Below are positions 30,216 through 40,029 of a stretch of 64,000 bases of DNA, one piece after another (position 1 is the first letter of the stretch; each line of letters opens with the position of its first letter). The position numbers and the translations under genes are program-made. Under the pieces are notes generated by a model. The model was given only the letters and a program-made list of their open reading frames with translations. It had not been told where the DNA came from and ran no database searches. Origin of the DNA: Planctomycetota bacterium (GTDB taxonomy: Bacteria; Planctomycetota; UBA8108; SXIK01); the NCBI GenBank assembly GCA_965223265.1, contig OZ244999.1, forward strand, positions 8,032,001 to 8,096,000, given 5' to 3'.

Positions 30216-31421
30216 ATGCTGCCGCGAATGAACTCTCGTCTTGAACCCACCGGCCGGCTTCTTCTGGGCCCCGGTCCGTCCAGCGTTCACCCCCGTGTCT
30301 ACGAAGCGCTCGCCAAGCCGCTGGTCGGCCACCTCGATCCGCAGTTTTTGGCGCTCATGGACGAGACGCAAAACATGCTGCGCCATCTCTTTCAGGCGAC
30401 TCACCCACTAACGATCTCGGTGCCGGGAACTGGCAGCTGCGGCATGGAAGCGGCGTTCGTCAACTTCGTCGAGCCCGGTGACGAGGTACTCGTCTGCGTC
30501 AACGGAGTCTTTGGCGGGCGCATGAGCGACCTCGTCGAGCGCCTCGGGGCGCGACTGCACCGCATTGAGCGGCCGTGGGGCGAGGTGTTCGAGGCCCAAG
30601 AGATCGCCGACGCCCTCAAACGCCACCCCGACACTCGTTTCGTCGCGATCGTTCACGCCGAGACGTCAACCGGCGCTCACCAACCGCTCGCCGAGATCGG
30701 GCAGCTGTGCCGCGATCAGGACAAGCTCTTCATTGTCGACGCAGTGACATCGCTGGCCGGTGAGGAGCTTGAAGTCGACGCCTGGAACATCGACGTCTGC
30801 TACAGCGGCACGCAAAAGTGCCTCAGCTGCCCGCCCGGGCTGGCGCCGCTGACCGTCGGTCCGCGTGCGCTTGAGAAGCTCGAGAAGCGTGCCAGCAAAG
30901 TCCCGAGCTGGTACCTCGATCTTGGGATGATTGTGCGCTACTGGACGGAAGGGGAGCGCGTCTATCACCACACTGCACCCATTTCGATGAACTACGCACT
31001 CCACCAGGCACTGACGCTGGTCCTTGAGGAGGGTTTGCCAGCGCGCGTAGCGCGTCACCGCCTCAACTCGCGGGCGCTTGTCGCCGGTCTCGAGGCGCTT
31101 GAGTTTCGGCTGTTCGCGCAGCCCGGTCACCGTCTGCCGATGCTGAACTCGGTGTGGATACCGGACGGTGTCGACGATGCCGCATTGCGCCGGCGGCTGC
31201 TGGAGAGCTACAACATCGAGGTCGGCGCCGGCCTTGGTGAGCTGGCCGGAAAGATTTGGCGCATCGGGCTCATGGGGGAGTCGAGCCGCCGCACGTCGGT
31301 GTTCACGTTCCTCGCCGCGCTCGAAGCGTGTCTCGCCGATGCGGGAGGCGCCGGTGCGGTCGGTCGCGGCATCGACGCTGCAGCTTCGGTGTATCGTCAA
31401 GCCGAGGCGGCGGAGCGCTGA
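30216..31421 (+). CDS. Alanine--glyoxylate/serine--pyruvate aminotransferase (class V PLP)
   Basis: LLGPGPS, GTGSCGMEA, HAETSTG, DAVTS, SGTQKCLSCPPG, YHHTAP. Confidence 0.95.
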   Translation: MLPRMNSRLEPTGRLLLGPGPSSVHPRVYEALAKPLVGHLDPQFLALMDETQNMLRHLFQATHPLTISVPGTGSCGMEAAFVNFVEPGDEVLVCVNGVFGGRMSDLVERLGARLHRIERPWGEVFEAQEIADALKRHPDTRFVAIVHAETSTGAHQPLAEIGQLCRDQDKLFIVDAVTSLAGEELEVDAWNIDVCYSGTQKCLSCPPGLAPLTVGPRALEKLEKRASKVPSWYLDLGMIVRYWTEGERVYHHTAPISMNYALHQALTLVLEEGLPARVARHRLNSRALVAGLEALEFRLFAQPGHRLPMLNSVWIPDGVDDAALRRRLLESYNIEVGAGLGELAGKIWRIGLMGESSRRTSVFTFLAALEACLADAGGAGAVGRGIDAAASVYRQAEAAER

Positions 31422-31428
31422 CGCTCGC

Positions 31429-31444
31429 TGGCACTGTTTCTGCA
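31429..31444 (+). promoter_or_regulatory. Possible sigma-54 promoter upstream of the GPx gene
   Basis: TGGCACTGTTTCTGCA keeps the GG-N10-GC spacing, with mismatches to consensus. Confidence 0.4.
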
Positions 31445-31540
31445 CCATTTTTCGTCGCGCTCGGTTAAACTGAGTTCCCCATGGCCGCCGGAAGCCTCGT
31501 CAGCGGGCGACTGGTCTCGGGCGGCGGGAAACGAAAGGAG

Positions 31541-32188
31541 ATGAGCGAAATGATGCAAACAACCCTGGTTCGCAGCTCGCTGCCGCTGGTGGCTGCGGCG
31601 CTGCTCGCAACCGTACCGATCGCCGCGGCCGACGCCGACGGTTCGAAGAAGGGGGCCAAGTCGGTGCACGCCTTCACTGTCAAGACCATCGACGACATTG
31701 ACTACAGCCTCAAGAAGCTGCAGGGAAAGGTGCTGGTCATCGTCAACGTCGCCAGCAAGTGAGGCCTCACGGACAAACAGTACTCGAGTCTCGAGTCACT
31801 CTACCGCAAGTACAAAGATCAGGGCCTTGAGGTGCTCGCCTTTCCTGCCAACAACTTCGGTGCGCAGGAACCCGGCACGAATCTGCAGATCAAGTCGTTT
31901 TGCGCCGGCAAGGGCGTCAGTTTTCCGCTGTTCGCCAAGATTTCTGTCAAGGGAGGCGACCAGCATCCCCTCTACAAGTACCTGACGGACAAGAAGCGCG
32001 GCGCAAAGATCGGCGGCGACGTGAAGTGGAACTTTCAGAAGTATGTTGTCGGCGTCGATGGCAAACCGATCGCGCGCTTCGAGCCGAAGGAGGATCCCCT
32101 GTCGCCGAAGGTGATTCAGGTTATCGAGACGGCGCTGAAGCGCGTACCGAACTCGGTGAAGAAGAGCAAGAAGGGGAAAGCTGACTGA
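31541..32188 (+). CDS. gpx: Glutathione peroxidase, probable selenoprotein (Sec74 from TGA 31760-31762), with signal peptide
   Basis: VIVNVASK-TGA-GLTDKQY continues in frame into FPANNFGAQEPG and KWNFQK. The TGA is at the catalytic Cys/Sec of the NVASxC motif; AAGGAG RBS. Confidence 0.92.
31779..31800 (+). promoter_or_regulatory. Putative bacterial SECIS hairpin (GPx)
   Basis: AGT-ACTCGA[GTC]TCGAGT-(C)-ACT stem-loop; loop G(U) at +26 from the UGA. Confidence 0.65.
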
Positions 32189-32193
32189 GCGGC

Positions 32194-32727
32194 ATGGAAG
32201 CTGAGCCTGGTGGAACGGTGCGGCGGCTGTCACGGGCCGCCCACCGCCGCATGGTCGAGTGCGCCGAAGCGGACTATCCTGAGGAGACTTGCGGCTTTCT
32301 CTTTGCACGCGCCGCCGGCGGCGACGGCACTTCTTCCGACGGTGCTCTCGCTGAGGGCGATCTAGAGGTCGTCCCGATGGAGAACATTCAGAACCGTCTC
32401 CATCGCGAGGATCCGAGCTTCCACACGCGCGACGCAAAGACGGCCTACTGCTTCGATCCGCAGGAGATGCAGCGAGTGCTGCGGCGCTACGAAGAGGCCG
32501 GCCAACCACTCTGCGGGATCTACCACTCCCACCCGGATAACGACGCCTATTTTTCGGAAACCGACAGCGCCGCGGCGGCGCCGTTCGGCGAGCCGAGTTA
32601 TCCGGGCGTCGTCTACTACGTCTATAGCGTCCGCAGCGGCCGCGTCGCCGCCATGAAGGCGTTCGACTGGAGTGCCGACGCCGAGGCCTACGTCGAGATC
32701 GAGGTGGCGGTCGAGCCTGGAAGTTAA
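32194..32727 (+). CDS. JAB/MPN (M67) metallopeptidase, Mec-like
   Basis: PEETCG and JAMM motif YHSHP...FSETD. Confidence 0.92.
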   Translation: MEAEPGGTVRRLSRAAHRRMVECAEADYPEETCGFLFARAAGGDGTSSDGALAEGDLEVVPMENIQNRLHREDPSFHTRDAKTAYCFDPQEMQRVLRRYEEAGQPLCGIYHSHPDNDAYFSETDSAAAAPFGEPSYPGVVYYVYSVRSGRVAAMKAFDWSADAEAYVEIEVAVEPGS

Positions 32728-33045
32728 TCTGTCTCCAACGAGAATGTACCGCGCGGCTCCGGTCCTTCTCACCACGAATCCAGCGCTGGGCTGCGGCCCG
32801 CAACGACGTCTAGCGCACGAAACCGCACCGTGAGAATCGCCGGGCTGCTGGTAGAATGAGCTGGGACAGGAGCCGCGTGCATAATGCCCCGAGCCATTCA
32901 ATGATCCTTTGATTCTTCCGGTCCGCTCACGAGGACCTCGTGCAGTCGGATCTCTCTCGGGTCGTCAACGGCGGCGCCGACAGAGACGCACGGGGTCGGC
33001 CGTCCGTTTCTGTCGGCGTTCAAGGTTTGCGGATGCGTGTGCGGC

Positions 33046-34143
33046 TCACTCGACCGGCGTCGGGGCGCTAACGACGGTGACGTCACCGGAGAGCGCCTTC
33101 ATGAACTCGACGAGATCTTTCTTTTCCTGGTCGGTGAGCTCGAGCTTTTTCATCTCGGGGTCGAGGGTGTCGTTGGGATTCCCGCCCTTGACGTAGAACT
33201 CTACCACGGCTTCGAGCGTCGCTTCGCTGCCGTCATGCATGTACGGCGCAGTATCGGCGATGTTGCGCAGTGTCGGCGTCTTGTAGGCGCCGATCTCCTT
33301 AGCGTTTCCTGTGATTGCGCCGCGCCCCGCGTGGTCCTTGGTGAAGTCCGGCTTGTCAGCGCCGACGCCAAGGTTGTGGTACTTCTCGTCGGTGAAGTTG
33401 AAGCCTGCGTGGCAGATCGAGCACCGTCCCTTGTTGTTGTCGCGGAAGATCTCCCAGCCCCGCGCCGCGGACTCGCTGATGGCCGACTTGTCGCCGGACT
33501 GAAAGCGATCGAAGGGTGAGTTGCCGCTGACGACGGTGCGCTCGAAGCTGGCGATCGCCTTGGCGACGCGTTCTTCACTGACGGTGTCGTCACCGAATGC
33601 GGCCGTGAAGAGCGGCTTGTAGCCGGCGATGCCGCGCAGGCGTTCCATCGCTTCGGGCAGCGGCAGATCCATCTCGATCGGGTTGGCAATCGGGCCGAGC
33701 GCTTGGTCTTCGAGATCCTTCGCGCGGCCGTCCCAGAACTGCTCGGTGCTGAAGAGGCGATTGATGATTGTGGGGGAGCTGCGCCCGCCCTTCTGATCGC
33801 GGACTCCCGTGGCGACCGCGGCGCCGTTCGACCAGCCTTTCTGCGGGTCGTGACAGGTGGCACACGAGACGGTGTTGTCCTTGGAAAGTCGCTTGTCGAA
33901 ATACAGGTGCCGCCCGAGCTCCACCAGCGCCGAACCCTTGGGTCCCTTGAGCTCGTCGGCGTTCGCCACCTTCATGCCGAACTCGTCGAGGCCGAGCGGC
34001 AGCGCATTGAGCGGCGCGACGAACTCGCCTTCTTTGGCAATAGGAGCGGGGCCGCTGCCCGGCTCGCTCTTGCCGCCCGGGGTACAGCTGAGCAGTGAAA
34101 TGGCTGCGACGGGTACGATCCATCCCTTCAGTATCGCGTGCAT
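33046..34143 (-). CDS. Di-heme cytochrome c peroxidase (CCP/MauG family) lipoprotein
   Basis: Two CxxCH motifs (CATCH, CSICH), QFWDGRA, KTPTLRNI, PYMHDG; lipobox LLSC. Confidence 0.95.
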   Translation of the reverse strand: MHAILKGWIVPVAAISLLSCTPGGKSEPGSGPAPIAKEGEFVAPLNALPLGLDEFGMKVANADELKGPKGSALVELGRHLYFDKRLSKDNTVSCATCHDPQKGWSNGAAVATGVRDQKGGRSSPTIINRLFSTEQFWDGRAKDLEDQALGPIANPIEMDLPLPEAMERLRGIAGYKPLFTAAFGDDTVSEERVAKAIASFERTVVSGNSPFDRFQSGDKSAISESAARGWEIFRDNNKGRCSICHAGFNFTDEKYHNLGVGADKPDFTKDHAGRGAITGNAKEIGAYKTPTLRNIADTAPYMHDGSEATLEAVVEFYVKGGNPNDTLDPEMKKLELTDQEKKDLVEFMKALSGDVTVVSAPTPVE

Positions 34144-34290
34144 CGTTCCTTGGTCCTTTCCTGATCCTAATAGGTTGATCGTGTGTCTGCGGTCTTGGGA
34201 CGTTGTGCCTCGCGTCCTTCTGGCTCGCGGCAACTGAACTGCCTGGAGAAAAGTGAACGCTTCTCGCGTCGCCGCGATGCGCTACGAGGG

Positions 34291-35148
34291 CTACTGAGGC
34301 GACGGAAACTTGATGTTCAGCTGCGTTTTTTGGCCGGCTTCGATCTTGACCGTGCCAGTCTTCTCCTCGAGCGCTGCGTTGGTGTGCCACACTTCATGCC
34401 AGGCGATGTACTTGTATTCACCCGGTGGAATCTCGTCGATCGTGAGCCTCCCTTGTGCGTCGGTGACGGCGATGTAGGGATTCGAGTGAATCACCACGTA
34501 ACCGCGCATCCATTTGTGGACGTCACAGTCGACGCGCATGATGCCTGGACGCCGCAAGGGGCGCGCCCGCGGCGGTGGATCGCCGGGTGAGAGTGGCAGG
34601 TTGAAGAATTCACGATTGTTGATGTAGGGATGCGTCGTGTGGAGGATTGGGTCTTCGTTGCGGATCGCGAATTCCATTCCCTGAACGGCAACGCCGACAT
34701 GTGGTGCGAAAGCGCACCCTCGATTCGAAACCGTGATGCTTTCGGGCGGCTTCTTGGGCCCCGCCGCGATGCCTTCAAGCCTGACGACGAGGTTTTTGAC
34801 GCCGCGGGAGGCCGGGTCGACAATCAGGTTTTCGGTCACCACCTTGTGATTGCAGAAGTCGACGTCCGTGTTCACCGGGACCTCCGACTGCGTCGGCAGG
34901 TCATCGCCGTCGAACAAAACCGTGACAGCAAGCTCTCCGGTTGCGCCGACGTCCTTGACCTCGTAGCCGCTGCCTTTGAGGCCGCCGCTCAGTGAGTTTG
35001 CAGCCGACTTCGCCGCCTCGCTGGGCTCGCCCGTCGTCGTAGTCGTCTCCGACGGTGTTTTCTCGCCCGGTTGCCGTTTCGTGCAGCCGACCAAGCATGC
35101 ACACAGCGCCGTGGTCGCAGCGGTTAAGAGGATCGAGCTGTTTCGCAT
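34291..35148 (-). CDS. Lipoprotein with cupredoxin-like/carboxypeptidase regulatory-like domain
   Basis: Lipobox LVGC; GCAFAPHV, NEDPILHTTH, CDVHKWM, PPGEY...WHE. Confidence 0.8.
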   Translation of the reverse strand: MRNSSILLTAATTALCACLVGCTKRQPGEKTPSETTTTTGEPSEAAKSAANSLSGGLKGSGYEVKDVGATGELAVTVLFDGDDLPTQSEVPVNTDVDFCNHKVVTENLIVDPASRGVKNLVVRLEGIAAGPKKPPESITVSNRGCAFAPHVGVAVQGMEFAIRNEDPILHTTHPYINNREFFNLPLSPGDPPPRARPLRRPGIMRVDCDVHKWMRGYVVIHSNPYIAVTDAQGRLTIDEIPPGEYKYIAWHEVWHTNAALEEKTGTVKIEAGQKTQLNIKFPSPQ

Positions 35149-35418
35149 GTGTCTTTCGCGTCGAGTTTTGGAAACGTGAGGTGCCCGCGTGACCTTGCAG
35201 GCCGCCCTCGGGAGAAGGCGGCACGACATGGGGTATAACACGGCCGCCGCGAAGCGCGCAACGGTCGAACGACTCGTGAACAGACGCGGAGTGGCGCAGA
35301 GCGCCTGCAGCTCGATTCCCGCCGCAGCGCCTGCGACGAGTGGCGAGCCGTAGGCGTCTCTTGCCGTCACTCTTCGCAGGCGCTGGAGATCCTCGTCACG
35401 GTCGAGCCGTGATCGAAC

Positions 35419-35949
35419 TCATGTGGTGAAGAGCAGCCAGTTGAGGACCGCCCAGCCGACCAGATTGCCGAGCGAAACGGCGAGGAGCCAGCGGTTGATC
35501 GGTGATTTCGGCGTGTAGGCGCTGAATCCTTGCCACCAGAGCACGATGGCGTGAACGAGAATCGAGACCGGCAACAACTTCCATAGGAGAGTGACCGGTG
35601 CGTTCCACTCAGAGGCCGGACCCGCGGCCCTTCTTGCCAGCGGCAGCGCGACCGTAAGTCCCAGATGCGCCAAGGCCCAGAGGAGATACCACGGGCTGAC
35701 GTGGAATTCGAGCAGATAGGATCCCGGCGATTCGTCTTCGAACTCGACGTCGGCGGACACTTGCGGCCCGGGCGGCGAAACCGGGGAGGGAGGTGGCGCG
35801 TCGGCTTCCGTCGCCGGCCGGCGCTGCGCCCGCGCGGGTGACGGCGCGGGTGACGGTGACGGCGCCGGTGCTGCATCTTCGCCGTTCGGCACGCCGCCGG
35901 CCTGAGCGGCGCTACCTGGGTTGTCTGCGTTTGAGGGGTCGGGTGTCAC
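35419..35949 (-). CDS. Hypothetical membrane protein with Pro-rich N-terminus
   Basis: Pro/Ala-rich N-terminus followed by about 3 TM helices; start uncertain. Confidence 0.6.
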   Translation of the reverse strand: MTPDPSNADNPGSAAQAGGVPNGEDAAPAPSPSPAPSPARAQRRPATEADAPPPSPVSPPGPQVSADVEFEDESPGSYLLEFHVSPWYLLWALAHLGLTVALPLARRAAGPASEWNAPVTLLWKLLPVSILVHAIVLWWQGFSAYTPKSPINRWLLAVSLGNLVGWAVLNWLLFTT

Positions 35950-36050
35950 AACAGCGGTTCTCGTATCGAAATCTGATGGCGATCTTCGGCGCCTGCGATA
36001 GACTCCCCGAATCAATCAGGACAATCAATCCAACCGCTCGGAAATCCCTC

Positions 36051-37325
36051 ATGTCACGTGCCGTTCGTCTCGATCACGTCCGCCGTACTGACCCGATCAT
36101 CGCAGAGCTGCTTGAGAAGGAAGAACGCCGTCAGGCGACCACCATCCGCCTCATCCCGTCGGAGAACTACGCTTCCAGCGCCGTCATGGAGGCGACCGGC
36201 ACGGTCCTAACGAACAAGTATTCTGAGGGATATTCAGGCAAACGCTACTATCAAGGGCAGGAGTTCATCGACCAGATCGAGTCGCTCGCGCAGCAGCGCG
36301 CCAAGGAGCTCTTCGGGGTCGAGCATGCCAACGTTCAGCCCTACTCAGGCTCACCCGCGAATGCTGCCGTCTACCTCGCGCTTCTCAAGCCGGGTGACAA
36401 GGTGATGGGAATGAGCCTGCCGTTCGGCGGTCACTTGACCCACGGCTGGCGCGTCAATTTCTCCGGCATCCAGTATGACGCCGTGCAGTATGAGGTACAC
36501 CCTGAGACGCACCTCGTCGATATGGACCAGGTTCGCGACCTCGCGCTCAAGGAGCGGCCGAAGGTTCTCTTCACCGGCGGTACGGCCTATCCGCGCGTCT
36601 GGGACTTTTCCGCCTTCGCTGAGATAGCGGACGAGGTGGATGCTGTGCTCGTCGCCGACATCGCGCACATCGCCGGGCTGGTCGCTGCCGGCATTCACCC
36701 CTCGCCAGTGCCCCACGCGCCTGTGATCACGTCGACGACGCACAAGACGCTCCGCGGCCCGCGCGGCGGAATGATTCTTTCGACTGAGGAATACGCGCGC
36801 GCGCTCGATCGCGCGGTTTTCCCCGGTCTCCAGGGAGGTCCGCACAACCACACCACCGCGGCGCTGGCGGTCGCGCTCGCCGAGGCCAACACCGATGATT
36901 TCCGCAGCTACGCGGCGCAGATCGTCCGCAACGCCAAAGCACTTGCGGAGACGCTTCGCGGACACGGCTTCCGCCTCATCTCGGGCGGCACCGACAACCA
37001 TCTCATCCTCATCGACACGACGCACGGTAGTGCTTCGCGCCCCAGCGTCGCGGGAAAGCCGGCGGCGCAGGCGCTCGAGAAGGCCGGGCTCGAGTGCAAC
37101 TACAACACCGTACCGTTCGACCCGCGCAAGCCGTTCGACCCGAGCGGTATTCGCATCGGCACACCGGGCGTCACCAGCTGCGGCATGAAGGAGAGCGAGA
37201 TGGCACGGGTCGGCGACTGGATGGAGCGGGCGCTCGCGAACGCCGGTGACGAGGCGGAGCTCGCCCGCATCAGGGCCGAGGTCGCGGAGCTCATGGCGCA
37301 GTTTCCGCCACCAGGGATCGGCTAG
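36051..37325 (+). CDS. glyA: Serine hydroxymethyltransferase
   Basis: LIPSENY, NKYSEGY, GGHLTHG, STTHKTLRGPRGG, FPGLQGGP, SGIRIGTP. Confidence 0.98.
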   Translation: MSRAVRLDHVRRTDPIIAELLEKEERRQATTIRLIPSENYASSAVMEATGTVLTNKYSEGYSGKRYYQGQEFIDQIESLAQQRAKELFGVEHANVQPYSGSPANAAVYLALLKPGDKVMGMSLPFGGHLTHGWRVNFSGIQYDAVQYEVHPETHLVDMDQVRDLALKERPKVLFTGGTAYPRVWDFSAFAEIADEVDAVLVADIAHIAGLVAAGIHPSPVPHAPVITSTTHKTLRGPRGGMILSTEEYARALDRAVFPGLQGGPHNHTTAALAVALAEANTDDFRSYAAQIVRNAKALAETLRGHGFRLISGGTDNHLILIDTTHGSASRPSVAGKPAAQALEKAGLECNYNTVPFDPRKPFDPSGIRIGTPGVTSCGMKESEMARVGDWMERALANAGDEAELARIRAEVAELMAQFPPPGIG

Positions 37326-37376
37326 TGTGATGAGTGCATCGTTCGACCAAGAAGTCTCACTCTAACGGGTCTTCGC

Positions 37377-38684
37377 TCAATCCTTCGACCCTGACTCGGG
37401 CGCCGGCTCGACCCAGGTTACCGAGAACACGTCGGCTCGCTGCAAGTCGGCGTCGAGGTAGTACGCAAGCGTCGTTGGCGGTCGCCAGCAGAACGTTGGG
37501 AACTCATTCGGCGGCGGGCATTCGACGATCTCGAGGCCGTGGACGTCGTCGACTGGCGCGTCGAAGACGATACGGAACTCTTGACTGGCGTTGTGGTGCC
37601 ACCCCGCCAAGACGAGCTGCTCGTAGGCGACGATTTCCAGCGTTTGGCCGCGGAACTCGACAGTCGCCGCATCGAAGTGGCGGTTGCCTGTCTCGCCGGC
37701 CACACCGCGGCCGAGAAACGTATCGAGCAGAAGCAAGTCGACGTGGGTGCCGTCCGCCATGTCGAGCGCGTAGGGCCTTGGAAACGTCGGGCTCCAGATG
37801 TCTGCGAAGACGCAGGTGTAGAAAACGAGTCGCTGGCGATCTTCCTCGGGGAGGGAGAGGCGCTCGATCCGCAGCAAGCCGATCGCTGGAGCGCCAAACG
37901 CACCGTCCATCACGGCGCAGTCAAGGGCTTCGGTCGCGCCACTGTCCTCCGGTCTGTAGTCAAACGTGACCAAGAGCTCACCCTCGTCGGCATCAAATGT
38001 CTGGGTGTACCGGAACGGATAAAAGGCTTCCGCGTCCCACTGGAACGTGCCGGGGCCCTGCGGGGTCGCCGGCTGCAAGTCAGCGCCGAAGCTCAGCGCG
38101 GCGATCAGGTCCACGCCCGGCGTCTCGCCGCGCAGGAGTGCGTAGGTGCCGGGACGAAGCGTCAGCTTCGAAAGCACCGGCAGGCGCGACTCGATCGTGG
38201 TGAACGGCTCGCTCCACATCGAGACGAGCTCGAGTTCGTTGGCGACGGTAAAACGCAGCACGTTGTCCGCGCAGCCGATGGACACCTCGCACGAAAGTTT
38301 GTCGCGCGTCGGGTCTTCGCCGCAGCTGCGGTAGGGTTCAGGGAGTGGCGGCCCGTCGACGAAGAGGTGTGTGAGCAAGCGGATCGGATCGCTGACGTCC
38401 ACATCGCCGTCGTCGTTCACGTCGTGGGCGTCGAGGCAAAGCGGCGACGCGCAGGGGCCGACGCTCGCCTCAAAGAGGTAAAGAAGCGTGCAGATCGCGT
38501 CGCTCAGGTCGATCTCCGAGTCGTCGTTCGCGTCGCCGCGCTCAAAGTTTGCCTGGGCCGCGACCGGGAGAGCCGTGAGGGTTAGCAGCGTCGAGATCGT
38601 CGCAAGCTGAACGCACCTCCGGTAGGACCGTCGAATGAACCGTCCGAGGGTGGGTTCGCGGTTGAGTCTGTCGCACAAGTTCAC
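37377..38684 (-). CDS. Secreted protein with N-terminal dockerin-like module
   Basis: FERGDANDDSEIDLSDAICTLLYLF...DVNDDGDVDVSDPIRLLTHLF after a signal peptide; start uncertain. Confidence 0.8.
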   Translation of the reverse strand: MNLCDRLNREPTLGRFIRRSYRRCVQLATISTLLTLTALPVAAQANFERGDANDDSEIDLSDAICTLLYLFEASVGPCASPLCLDAHDVNDDGDVDVSDPIRLLTHLFVDGPPLPEPYRSCGEDPTRDKLSCEVSIGCADNVLRFTVANELELVSMWSEPFTTIESRLPVLSKLTLRPGTYALLRGETPGVDLIAALSFGADLQPATPQGPGTFQWDAEAFYPFRYTQTFDADEGELLVTFDYRPEDSGATEALDCAVMDGAFGAPAIGLLRIERLSLPEEDRQRLVFYTCVFADIWSPTFPRPYALDMADGTHVDLLLLDTFLGRGVAGETGNRHFDAATVEFRGQTLEIVAYEQLVLAGWHHNASQEFRIVFDAPVDDVHGLEIVECPPPNEFPTFCWRPPTTLAYYLDADLQRADVFSVTWVEPAPESGSKD

Positions 38685-38874
38685 GGCGTCCCTCCTGTGC
38701 CTTGGCTTGCACCATTCAAAGATGATTGTTGGGCTGCGATTTTTGGGCGGCCGATTCCCCGCGGCTCAGCCTTGTTCGATGCTCAGCGCCCGCGCCTACG
38801 ACGGCAAGTTTTTTCGGGCTGCGACTGGCTGCTGGACGCGCTGGATCACGGGGCGACTGAGCTGGTTGACCGCA

Positions 38875-39789
38875 TCACGACCGCGGGGGCAGGTAGATCG
38901 GAAAGCTGGGATTGGCCCACTGGGCGGCGACTTCAATATCGAGTGCGCCGCGTGGCGCGTAGGCCAGCGGCCTGAGTGTCACGACTCCACGGAGGCGTTC
39001 GTAAACCGCTGTGACCTCAGATTCCTCGAGTAGCTCTTGGGTAGAGCCGGGATCGACGATGAGCGAGAAGCCGTAGAGGGTCTCGTCAGGGGTCCTGATG
39101 CGGACGAGGTCGCCGGCGAAGTATTCGCGCGTCGCCCGTCGCATGACCAGCTGGACGTATCCTTCCGCGCCGAGGTCCGCGAAGCGTTCGGGAAACACCG
39201 AGACGAGAAACGGATGGTGAAATCGATGGCGGTTGACGTTCTGAAAGGTGACCGGGAGCAGCGATGGATCATCGCGCGCGGGCGCGAAGAATTTCCCGAG
39301 CCGGTCGATGTCTTCAAAGATGGTCAGCGCGACAGAAACCGCGTGAAACTCCGCCGGGCTGGTGAGGCGAGCGAGGAAGTCCTCGTCGGTGGCGCAGGGC
39401 GAGCGGTCGCAGGCGAGCGTGGAGGATTCGTCGGCTTCGCCGCACTCCGGGAACGGTGCAGCCGGAGCGCTACCGCTGACGAAGAGGTAGTTCAGCAGCG
39501 TGATCGCATCGCCGATGTCGGACTGGTCGTCACCGTTGGTGTCCGTTGCCGCCACGCAGCCGGGCGTGTCCCCCGAGGCGAAAAGATAGCGTAGCGTAAA
39601 GATCGCGTCCGAGATTTCGATCTCACCGTCACCGTTTGAGTCGCCGCGAATGAATGGCGTGGCGGCGGAGGTCGCCCGCGGCGCGAGAAGCAGGACCGTC
39701 ACAACGCCGAGCGCCACAGTCGTCGCTGCGACGCCGCGGCGAGCGGAGTTGTCGCGACGGAGCGCGCCTTGGACTGCGCGGGGCGTCAC
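38875..39789 (-). CDS. Secreted protein with N-terminal dockerin-like module
   Basis: FIRGDSNGDGEIEISDAIFTLRYLF...DTNGDDQSDIGDAITLLNYLF; start uncertain. Confidence 0.8.
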   Translation of the reverse strand: MTPRAVQGALRRDNSARRGVAATTVALGVVTVLLLAPRATSAATPFIRGDSNGDGEIEISDAIFTLRYLFASGDTPGCVAATDTNGDDQSDIGDAITLLNYLFVSGSAPAAPFPECGEADESSTLACDRSPCATDEDFLARLTSPAEFHAVSVALTIFEDIDRLGKFFAPARDDPSLLPVTFQNVNRHRFHHPFLVSVFPERFADLGAEGYVQLVMRRATREYFAGDLVRIRTPDETLYGFSLIVDPGSTQELLEESEVTAVYERLRGVVTLRPLAYAPRGALDIEVAAQWANPSFPIYLPPRS

Positions 39790-40029
39790 TTCCAATGCTT
39801 GTCTTCGCGGCGCGCACGGTCTCCGATGCGTGACCGGAGAACTGACGGGCGAATTGAGCCGAGACTTCACCTGGAACCTCACCAGTAGGTCAACGTTAAC
39901 CTCGAGAGAGGCACCATTCAGCGACCTCCGAGGATCCATTCTCGCACGCCCTGGCGGCAGTGCAACGACGGTTTGACCGCGGCCGCGCCTCGCCTCCATC
40001 GCTTCGTTCGCAGTCGAGCGGCCGCTACC

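Noticed and set aside
31760-31762. GPx and redoxin as nonsense pseudogenes, or genome-wide TGA reassignment
   Set aside because: Both TGAs fall exactly on catalytic Cys positions with intact downstream domains, while TGA is a normal stop in acs, parB and TolC.
35950-36050. ZTP or glycine riboswitch upstream of glyA
   Set aside because: No recognisable consensus, and the intergenic space is short.
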